The notes below the pieces were generated by a model. That model was given only the letters and a program-made list of their open reading frames with translations, searched no databases and was not told the origin of the DNA. A stretch of 64,000 nucleotides of DNA from Bacilli bacterium (GTDB taxonomy: Bacteria > Bacillota_I > Bacilli_A > RF39 > UBA660). Positions within the stretch are counted from its first letter, which is position 1, and every line of letters begins with the position of its first letter. The stretch is from the NCBI GenBank assembly GCA_016302505.1, contig JAEDNL010000001.1:7851-71850 (forward strand), written 5' to 3'. Below, one piece after another: positions 1 to 6,737 of the stretch. A program made the translations under genes and the position numbers.

Positions 1-767
1 AAATTAAAACCTTTACTTGTTATATATTTGCTGAATCTATCTTGTAGTTTTGAAAAAGAATTTCTACCACCTAAATCTTTCCAAAATTGATCGTTATTTA
101 AAAATTTACCTTTAACTGTTTCATATACCATCTCACCATTTTTATCTCTGAGTAGAATAGGTACTTCTTTATCTTTTCCATTTCTATCTTTTTTAATTTC
201 TTTTATCAAATTACCATCTTTATCTCTTTGATAACATTTTCTTTTTACTTCATTTACCACAGGTAAAAAGTAAGCTTGTAGGTGAGGAGTGTCTTCATCA
301 AAATGTACTTGAGCCATTACTATATTTTCTTCACCAACTAATTCTTTTAAAAAGTTATAACTATCATCAAAATATTTAATTACTTCTTCAGGAATGTCAT
401 CTTTACTTTTAATATCAGGTGTCCATATATTTTGGCCTTCTTTTTTACCTGATTTATACTTTCTATCTGTTTCTTTAAATGGTAAACCCAGAGTCATAAA
501 AAACTCTGGGCCACTTGATATAGTTACACCATTTAATAGATTAGTTTTAGTTTTGTGAAGATATTCTATATTTCTAATCTCTAATTTATATTTAACATCT
601 TGATATAAATTATCCTTTTCTAGTTCTTTATATTTAATATTAAATTTAGTTCTTTCTTTATCATAATTACCTGTACCAACTCTATTATTCATCTCATTTC
701 CTATAAGATATAAATCTTTACTTTTATAATTGTTTTCAAATCTTAATACTTGATATCCATCATACAT
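1..767 (-). CDS. mob: MobV-family relaxase (Mob/Pre plasmid recombination enzyme), N-terminal ~255 aa; C-terminus outside window
   Basis: Own translation from ATG 767..765 gives MYDGYQVLRFENNYKSKDLYLIGNEMNN...AQVHFDEDTPHLQAYFLPVVNE. The HxDExTPH block is the MobV/Pre signature. AAGGAGG lies at 774-780. The frame stays open to nt 1, so it is absent from the ORF track. Confidence 0.75.
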   Translation of the reverse strand, partial: MYDGYQVLRFENNYKSKDLYLIGNEMNNRVGTGNYDKERTKFNIKYKELEKDNLYQDVKYKLEIRNIEYLHKTKTNLLNGVTISSGPEFFMTLGLPFKETDRKYKSGKKEGQNIWTPDIKSKDDIPEEVIKYFDDSYNFLKELVGEENIVMAQVHFDEDTPHLQAYFLPVVNEVKRKCYQRDKDGNLIKEIKKDRNGKDKEVPILLRDKNGEMVYETVKGKFLNNDQFWKDLGGRNSFSKLQDRFSKYITSKGFN

Positions 768-790
768 TTAAAACCTCCTTTGCAAAAGAA

Positions 791-812
791 AAACAACCAT
801 TATTGGTTGTTT
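791..812 (-). terminator. 9-bp hairpin (AAACAACCA/TGGTTGTTT, loop TTAT) between the small basic ORF and mob; minus-strand terminator or candidate oriT inverted repeat
   Basis: The inverted repeat 791-799/804-812 is perfect. On the minus strand it is followed by TTTTCTTTTG. MobV oriT sites are usually inverted repeats just upstream of mob. Confidence 0.4.
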
Positions 813-815
813 AAC

Positions 816-947
816 TTAATCGCCTTTCTTGTGATGATGAGTTTTCAATGATGTTTTATTCTTAGGTGTTAACTTATTATCTCTTCTTCTGCGATCTAAC
901 TTGCCAGTACTTTTTGCCTTTGGCTTAAGCCCTGGTTTAATTGGCAT
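816..947 (-). CDS. Small, very basic 43-aa protein (below the ORF-track cutoff)
   Basis: Own translation: MPIKPGLKPKAKSTGKLDRRRRDNKLTPKNKTSLKTHHHKKGD. A strong RBS GAGGAGG sits 6 nt upstream of ATG 947..945, and the hairpin at 791-812 follows. Confidence 0.45.
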   Translation of the reverse strand: MPIKPGLKPKAKSTGKLDRRRRDNKLTPKNKTSLKTHHHKKGD

Positions 948-992
948 ATTTGTCCTCCTCTCATAAATTTGAGAACAGGTACAAGCTTAATA

Positions 993-1208
993 CTAACCTA
1001 AATTATCATTTTTTATACCATTTGGCTTTGATACTGCTGTTTCAATGCCATTAATTTTTCTGACATAGTAATTGTCGTGATAAACTGAGTTTTCATTTTT
1101 AATTCTTGAGATAAACTCTTTATCAGTCATTATATGATTATTTCTTGTATCTTGAAATACTTTGTTTCTACCACTATCTGTTTCAGAAATTACTTTAACC
1201 ATTTTCAT
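993..1208 (-). CDS. Small protein, DUF3892-like
   Basis: 71-aa ORF with RBS GGAGGA just upstream. The C-terminal YYVRKINGIETAVSKPNGIKNDNL resembles the DUF3892 pattern (Y.v...nG....v...pdg...NNL), recalled from memory. Confidence 0.45.
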   Translation of the reverse strand: MKMVKVISETDSGRNKVFQDTRNNHIMTDKEFISRIKNENSVYHDNYYVRKINGIETAVSKPNGIKNDNLG

Positions 1209-1256
1209 GATATCATCCTCCTTATTTTTGAAATTGTAAACTAATAATTTTTCATG

Positions 1257-1285
1257 TTGTAAAAATAATTTAAAGATGATATAAT
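1257..1285 (+). promoter_or_regulatory. Sigma-A type promoter: TTGTAA, 17 nt, TGaTATAAT
   Basis: -35 TTGTAA at 1257-1262, a 17-nt spacer, and an extended -10 TGATATAAT at 1277-1285. It points away from all annotated genes on this strand. Confidence 0.55.
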
Positions 1286-1291
1286 TATATT

Positions 1292-1377
1292 ACAATAATA
1301 AAATTAGTAGTTTGTTATTGTGTTGAGTATTGGCTTGTACTCGTTCTATATACTATCCTGCAAGATAGTATTTTTTT
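1292..1377 (+). ncRNA. Candidate ~85-nt small RNA, antisense to the rep-ATPase/DUF3892 intergenic part of the minus-strand operon
   Basis: It starts about 7 nt after the promoter. There are three hairpins: ACAATAA/TTATTGT (1292-1298/1315-1321), GAGTA/TACTC (1325-1329/1338-1342), and the terminator ATACTATC/GATAGTAT (1350-1357/1364-1371) followed by T7. Confidence 0.45.
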
Positions 1378-1537
1378 GTCTCAGAAAATACCTCTGGGAC
1401 TATGTACATTTTACCATATAAATCAACATCTGTCAAAAGGTAGGACGAATATATGTTTGTGACTGAAATAGAAGTCATTTTATGACTTATCTCACTAGGT
1501 CATAGACCAAATGTGAGTTAGGATAAATCCTAAAACC

Positions 1538-2482
1538 TTATTCATCTAAAGTAAGTGGATCTATAAACTTAGCTTTGTAATTTCTAGAAGTAGCAGTTCT
1601 ATTTAACTCAACATATATGCCTTCTTTTTCTAATCTTTTAATATTACTATTTAGTAATCTTCCAAAACGAGAAGGGGTAATTAGTAGATTTAATTCTGCT
1701 ATCATTTCTGCTGGAGTAAATATTACTTCTTTCTTCTTAATTACATATCTCATAAATACGCTAAGATTAAAATCTAATTCAGTATTATCTTCATTAATAA
1801 TTTCAAATTCAAGTTTATCATTTCTTATAAGATTAAGATTTTGTTCTTCAAAGTCTCTATTGATTATTTTTAAAGTATAAGTATTATCTTTATTATTGAT
1901 TAATGTTAATATACCATTCATATTACCATCAATACCTGTGCTACCTAATGTTTTACCTTCTTTATTTAAATGATGTATTAGAAGAAATGTAAGATTATAT
2001 TTTTTAGCAAGTTCTCTATATTTATCAAACATATTCTTCATAACATCACTATAATTATTAATGTCAGTTTCATATCCATAATCTATACCACACATAATAT
2101 CTATAATTACAAATCTCCCATTATAAGTTTCTGAAAACTCTTTTAAATCTAATAATAGATCATCTCTAATACATAATTTATGTTGCTCATCTTTTTGTAC
2201 AAAGAAAAATGAATTAGGTTTAAAAGTGTATCCGGTTATTTCTAATCTTTCTTTAAGTTGTAATTCTGAGATTTCTGTGCTAACATATAAAACGGATGTG
2301 GGATTAGTATTGAATCCTAAGAATTGTTTATTATTTGCCAAAGAGTTGGCAAGCTGTAATGCTAAGAATGACTTACCAACTTTTGGTTCTGCTACTAAGC
2401 AATATAATCCATTTGACTTCATTATTCCATCAATAATGTTGTCTTTTTTTATGGTTATATTTAATTCTTCTATAGGTTTCAT
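1538..2482 (-). CDS. RecA-like replication ATPase (AAA_25 / RepA-DnaB-like) with C-terminal DNA-binding-like tail
   Basis: Walker A LVAEPKVGKSF, Walker B FVIIDIM, and the HHLNKEG sensor block typical of AAA_25 proteins from plasmids, phages and ICEs. Confidence 0.7.
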   Translation of the reverse strand: MKPIEELNITIKKDNIIDGIMKSNGLYCLVAEPKVGKSFLALQLANSLANNKQFLGFNTNPTSVLYVSTEISELQLKERLEITGYTFKPNSFFFVQKDEQHKLCIRDDLLLDLKEFSETYNGRFVIIDIMCGIDYGYETDINNYSDVMKNMFDKYRELAKKYNLTFLLIHHLNKEGKTLGSTGIDGNMNGILTLINNKDNTYTLKIINRDFEEQNLNLIRNDKLEFEIINEDNTELDFNLSVFMRYVIKKKEVIFTPAEMIAELNLLITPSRFGRLLNSNIKRLEKEGIYVELNRTATSRNYKAKFIDPLTLDE

Positions 2483-2719
2483 TTATTTCTCCAGTTCTGC
2501 CATATCTTTAAGGTAAGGAACATTAATGTTTAGCTTATTAACTACTTCACACATAGGTACTAAATTACATGGTAGTTTATAACCTTGATCTGTAAGATCT
2601 GTTATTATTTCTTTTCTGATTTTAAGTGCTGAGTTTCTACCAAGACTAGTTAATTTCATTAAATCTTGTAGAGTACACCATTGTTTAGATAATAATTCTA
2701 ATGTTTCAACTGCAGTCAT
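2483..2719 (-). CDS. Small putative HTH (excisionase/AlpA-like) protein
   Basis: 78 aa. The stop abuts the start of the ATPase gene. CTLQDLMKLTSLGRNSALKIRKEI looks like an HTH_17-type helix-turn-helix. The family call is weak. Confidence 0.35.
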   Translation of the reverse strand: MTAVETLELLSKQWCTLQDLMKLTSLGRNSALKIRKEIITDLTDQGYKLPCNLVPMCEVVNKLNINVPYLKDMAELEK

Positions 2720-2731
2720 ATATCAAACCTC

Positions 2732-2950
2732 CTATCTGCTATTTATTTTTTCATTCATTTTATATAATGCATTTATTAATTCTTCTCTTGAATTATCTTC
2801 AATATCCTCATTAAGACCATATTCTACTTTAACATCTTCACGATCTTTATTTTCTATCACTCTTAATCCACATAAGTGATTATGAACTAATTCAACAATA
2901 TCATTAGTATCCATAGTAGGTAATATAGAATCTAATACTTCTTTATTCAT
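2732..2950 (-). CDS. Hypothetical small acidic protein, first gene of the minus-strand operon
   Basis: 72-aa ORF with RBS AGGAGGAAAC upstream of ATG 2950. No recognisable motif. Confidence 0.5.
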   Translation of the reverse strand: MNKEVLDSILPTMDTNDIVELVHNHLCGLRVIENKDREDVKVEYGLNEDIEDNSREELINALYKMNEKINSR

Positions 2951-3113
2951 ATGTTTCCTCCTTTCTAACCCTAAATAGGGTAGTGCGATTATATTTGAGA
3001 TTTTAGTTATCTCATAACTCCCGTGCCAATAGGGTTATAATTTCTGCCTTGCCTTTTTTGAGTTACGGCATATCGGCGATTTCCGCAACTTACAAATTTT
3101 CAAAGAACTTGTA

Positions 3114-3253
3114 GTTCCAATTTGTCAAATTATATCTTAAAATAAAAGTTCCAAATTGGAAATACAATTATAATATATCACCCTGGTTCCATAATGTCAA
3201 TATTAAAATGATAAAAAATTGACAAAATGGAATTTTTATGTTCCAAAATGGAA
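3114..3253. promoter_or_regulatory. Divergent control region with five copies of a 15-bp operator (consensus GTTCCAwwwTGTCAA / TTGACAwwwTGGAAy)
   Basis: Sites: 3114-3128 GTTCCAATTTGTCAA; 3148-3161 GTTCCAAATTGGAA; 3186-3200 GTTCCATAATGTCAA; 3219-3233 TTGACAAAATGGAAT; 3240-3253 GTTCCAAAATGGAA. They overlap plus-strand promoter TTCCAA(3241)-17-TGcTATAAT(3261-3269) and a minus-strand TTGACA (3200-3195). Confidence 0.6.
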
Positions 3254-3298
3254 AATGTATGCTATAATGGTATCAAGAAGATATTAGGAGGTATACTT

Positions 3299-3841
3299 GT
3301 GGAGAATCGTAGAAAAAGTGACATAGCTATAGGTAAAAATATGGCTGACATGCGTAATAAATTTAATTTAACACAAAAAGAAATAGCTCAAGTTGTTGGT
3401 GTTAATGTTTCTACATATAAACATTATGAGTTAGGCGATAGATGTACACCATTAGCAGTTATTAGAGACTTAGCTAACTTTTATAAAATATCAACAGATT
3501 ATTTTTTTGAAAATATGCCAGAACTATCTACAAAAGAAGAATTAGAAGTAAGAAGATTTGCTTTTGATGTATCACAAAATAAACAACAATATATTGGTGA
3601 TATTATGAATTTTTCTGAAGGTATGGCAAAATTAGAAGAAAAAGTTCAAGCAAGAGCTAGATTAAGAGTAAAAAAATATAGATTAGATAATAAAAAATCA
3701 CAACAAGAAGTTGCAGATTATTTAGGTATAGATATTTCTACTTACAATAAATATGAAAAAGGTAGTAGAAAACTTAACAATGAAGTAGTAAGAAAGATAG
3801 CTGAATATTACAATATTAAAGTTAGCGATATATTAGATTAA
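3299..3841 (+). CDS. Transcriptional regulator with two XRE/Cro-C1 HTH domains (candidate island switch / R-M controller)
   Basis: Two HTH_3 units: FNLTQKEIAQVVGVNVSTYKHYELG and NKKSQQEVADYLGIDISTYNKYEKG. The likely start is GTG 3299, 6 nt after AGGAGG (3287-3292). The track ORF begins at 3227. Confidence 0.8.
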   Translation: MENRRKSDIAIGKNMADMRNKFNLTQKEIAQVVGVNVSTYKHYELGDRCTPLAVIRDLANFYKISTDYFFENMPELSTKEELEVRRFAFDVSQNKQQYIGDIMNFSEGMAKLEEKVQARARLRVKKYRLDNKKSQQEVADYLGIDISTYNKYEKGSRKLNNEVVRKIAEYYNIKVSDILD

Positions 3842-3900
3842 TGACAGAATGACATTAGATTTAGGTGTGGACTACACCGATAGTTAATGTCATAATGTCA
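3842..3900. promoter_or_regulatory. 59-nt imperfect palindrome between the regulator and the first methyltransferase
   Basis: TGACAGAATGACATTA (3842-3857) pairs with TAATGTCATAATGTCA (3885-3900), 14 of 16 positions. An inner stem GGTGT/ACACC sits at 3864-3868/3874-3878. The arms contain tandem TAATGTCA units related to the operator half-site. Confidence 0.5.
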
Positions 3901-3921
3901 CAACAAGATAAGGAGAAGTAT

Positions 3922-4983
3922 ATGAGTAAATATAATGTTTTAGATTTGTTTTGTGGATGCGGAGGTTTAAGCAAGGGATTTGAAATGGCCGGATTTAATA
4001 TTATTGGCGGAGTTGATTTTAATAAAGAAGCAATAGATACATTTAATTTTAACTTTAAAGGATCAAAAGGAATTCACACTGATATATTAAATATTGATGA
4101 AGAAAAGATAAAAGAAATATTTGAAAATAAAGTTGATATCATTATTGGTGGTCCACCTTGTCAGGGCTTTTCTTCAGCAAATAGAAATAAAGTAGATGAT
4201 GATCCTAGAAATAAATTGTTTTTTCAATTTGTAAAATTTGTAGATGTTTTTAAACCAAAAGTTGTTGTAATAGAAAATGTTAGGGGAATTGTTACAGAAA
4301 ATAATGGATATGCAAAAAAAGAAATATATAAAATATTTGAAAAAAGAGGATATAAAGTAACTCATAAAATTCTTGATGCATCAGATTATGGCGTACCACA
4401 AAAAAGAATGAGAAATTTCTTTGTTATGTCGAAAGATTTTATTTTTGATTTTGAAAAGATTAATAAAGTATCAAAAAAAGTAACAGTTAAGGATGCAATT
4501 GGTGATTTATACAAACTAGAAAAAAATGAAAAAGAAATAAAAAATGCAAATTTTGAAGATATGTCATCATATGCAAAAAAGATGAATAAAAAATCAGATA
4601 TATATAATCATGAAGTTAGATACCCGGCAGAAATTGTTCAAAAACGAGTTTCTTATGTTAAACAAGGAGAAAATTGGCAATCAATACCTAAAGAATTATT
4701 TTCTAATCAAAGAAATAATAGGCATTCTTCAGCATACAAAAGATTAAATGAAAAAGATGTTTCAGTAACTATTGATACAGGCAATTCTCATAGTAATTAT
4801 TTTCATCCGTTATATAATAGGATACCTACAGTAAGAGAGGCTGCAAGAATTCAGTCATTCCCAGATAACTTTATATTCTGCGGTTCTAGAACTAGTCAAT
4901 ATAGACAGGTTGGTAATGCTGTGCCACCTTTACTTGCTAATTCAATTGCTAAACTAATAAAGGAGGATTTGGATAATGAATAA
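3922..4983 (+). CDS. DNA (cytosine-5)-methyltransferase, M1 of the R-M operon
   Basis: Motif I FCGCGG, IV GGPPCQGFS, VI ENVRG, VIII QKRMRNFF, IX TVREAARIQSFPDNF, X GNAVPPLLA. Start is ATG 3922, after AAGGAG. Confidence 0.92.
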   Translation: MSKYNVLDLFCGCGGLSKGFEMAGFNIIGGVDFNKEAIDTFNFNFKGSKGIHTDILNIDEEKIKEIFENKVDIIIGGPPCQGFSSANRNKVDDDPRNKLFFQFVKFVDVFKPKVVVIENVRGIVTENNGYAKKEIYKIFEKRGYKVTHKILDASDYGVPQKRMRNFFVMSKDFIFDFEKINKVSKKVTVKDAIGDLYKLEKNEKEIKNANFEDMSSYAKKMNKKSDIYNHEVRYPAEIVQKRVSYVKQGENWQSIPKELFSNQRNNRHSSAYKRLNEKDVSVTIDTGNSHSNYFHPLYNRIPTVREAARIQSFPDNFIFCGSRTSQYRQVGNAVPPLLANSIAKLIKEDLDNE

Positions 4984-6016
4984 TATTATAGATCTTTTTT
5001 GTGGATGTGGAGGCCTAAGCAAAGGATTTGAAATGGCCGGATTTAATACAGTTTTAGCAATTGATTTTTGGAAAGATGCAGTTGAAACATTTAATAATAA
5101 TCATAAAAACAAAGTTGCTATATGTGATGATGTTTCAAAAATATCTAATGATTTTTTAGATGATTTTACCAAAAAAAATAAAATAACTGGTATTGTAGGT
5201 GGCCCACCATGTCAAGGATATAGTACGGTTGGTAAAAGAGATATAAATGATGATAGAAATTATTTATATCTTCAATATTGTAGAATAGTTGAAAAAGTTA
5301 AACCAGAGTTTTTTGTTTTAGAAAATGTAAAAGGATTATTAACTTTAAATAATGGTAAATTTAAAGAAGATATAGTAGAAAGATTTACAAAATTAGGATA
5401 TATAGTCGATTATAAAATTTTAAATTCTGCAGATTACGGTGTACCTCAAAATAGAAATCGAGTTTTCTTTGTTGGAATTAAGAATAAAAAGTTTAAATTT
5501 CCTAAGGAAAAATTAAAAAAAGTGACTACATATGAAGCAATATCGGATTTAACAAGTTATGAAGATAAATATACTACATCAGCTCAAACAAGTTATCAAA
5601 AAAATATGAGGGGAAATAATAAACAACTAAAGAATAATGAGTTCACAGTTCATACTGAGAAAACTATTGATGTTATAAGTAAAATCCCAGATGGAGGTAA
5701 AATAACAGATTTACCAAAAGAATTTTGGGAGATTAGAAAGTACAATAAAGCATTTCAAAGAATGAATTCTAAATTACAATCAAATACCATAGATACAGGA
5801 CATCGAAATTATTTTCATTATAGTGAAAATAGAATACCAACTGTTAGAGAATCAGCTAGAATTCAGTCGTTTCCTGATAACTTTATTTTCTATGGTTCTA
5901 GAACTAGTCAGTATAAGCAAGTAGGTAATGCTGTACCACCTTTATTGGCAAATGCTATTGCTATAGAAATAATGAAACAGATTGGAGGAGATGAAGATGG
6001 AAAAGATTGTTCTTAA
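4976..6016 (+). CDS. DNA (cytosine-5)-methyltransferase, M2 (paralogue of M1)
   Basis: FCGCGG, GGPPCQGYS, ENVKG, QNRNRVFF, TVRESARIQSFPDNF and GNAVPPLLA are all present. It overlaps M1 by 8 nt. Confidence 0.92.
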   Translation: MNNIIDLFCGCGGLSKGFEMAGFNTVLAIDFWKDAVETFNNNHKNKVAICDDVSKISNDFLDDFTKKNKITGIVGGPPCQGYSTVGKRDINDDRNYLYLQYCRIVEKVKPEFFVLENVKGLLTLNNGKFKEDIVERFTKLGYIVDYKILNSADYGVPQNRNRVFFVGIKNKKFKFPKEKLKKVTTYEAISDLTSYEDKYTTSAQTSYQKNMRGNNKQLKNNEFTVHTEKTIDVISKIPDGGKITDLPKEFWEIRKYNKAFQRMNSKLQSNTIDTGHRNYFHYSENRIPTVRESARIQSFPDNFIFYGSRTSQYKQVGNAVPPLLANAIAIEIMKQIGGDEDGKDCS

Positions 6017-6737
6017 TCAAGTATCTAATCCAGGAATTAGTTTTACAAAAGATGTTAATGAAAAAATATTAGCATTATATGATTTTTTAAATTCTAATAA
6101 TAAGAATTGTACTTATCAGCAATTTCAAGAAGACTTGATAAATAGCCAAATATTTACTGGATCATATATTAGATCTTTTATTCCTTTTCTATATAATGCA
6201 GGAATAATTAATGATTACAATAATGGAATTGCTTATAATGACCTATTTACAAAGAACGGATTACTATATGTACAAATTGTTAGAAATATAAAGAATGCTA
6301 GTGACAGTAATATAGATTTATCTAAAATGCTTGTAATTAAAAGCGATTTACTCTGCATGTCACTTGATTACATGATAAAAAGCAAATATAAATTTTACGA
6401 TAAATATTTAGACATTTTAAAATTTATAAAAAAATATAGAACAATTAATAGAGAAGAGTTTTATATAATGGAATATTGTTTACAAAATAGTTATAACTAT
6501 GATGATTATATAAATGCGTATAGAAATGAAAGTAAACAATATGATATATATATTAATTCAAATAATGATGAAGTATTAAGCTACAGAAGTAATAATGCAT
6601 TTAATTATTTAATTGCATTTTTATCAGAAGAACAATGTAATTACTTAAAAAAATTGAATCAGGGTGATTATATAATTAATGAAGAAAGAGAAAAATTTAT
6701 AGATTTAGTATTAAATAGTGAAGGAGATGTTAAATAA
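5997..6737 (+). CDS. Hypothetical 246-251-aa protein inside the R-M operon (possible third restriction subunit, position analogous to BsuMI YdiR)
   Basis: It overlaps M2 at its 5' end and the McrB-like gene at its 3' end. GGAGG at 5984-5988 favours ATG 5997. No catalytic motif is recognisable. Confidence 0.55.
   Translation: MEKIVLNQVSNPGISFTKDVNEKILALYDFLNSNNKNCTYQQFQEDLINSQIFTGSYIRSFIPFLYNAGIINDYNNGIAYNDLFTKNGLLYVQIVRNIKNASDSNIDLSKMLVIKSDLLCMSLDYMIKSKYKFYDKYLDILKFIKKYRTINREEFYIMEYCLQNSYNYDDYINAYRNESKQYDIYINSNNDEVLSYRSNNAFNYLIAFLSEEQCNYLKKLNQGDYIINEEREKFIDLVLNSEGDVK

Noticed and set aside
1617-2516. Plus-strand track ORFs 1617-1880 and 2226-2516, plus similar antisense ORFs at 4174-4365, 8752-8952, 21461-21718, 22649-22894, 24619-24831, 37874-38116, 41566-41763, 41985-42185, 43562-43750, 52658-52918, 56354-56578, 60020-60397 and 61158-61493
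   Set aside because: Each lies entirely inside, and antisense to, a longer ORF with clear family motifs. Their products are Leu/Ile/Phe/Ser-rich, as expected from the reverse complement of AT-rich coding sequence, and they have no RBS.
3865-3921. GTG 3865 as the start of the first methyltransferase (track ORF), and likewise 45751 for rpsI, 27585 for htpG, 3227 for the XRE gene
   Set aside because: The upstream extensions lack RBSs, overlap hairpins or the preceding gene, and add non-homologous residues. Internal ATG/GTG codons with proper Shine-Dalgarno spacing give N-termini that match the families.
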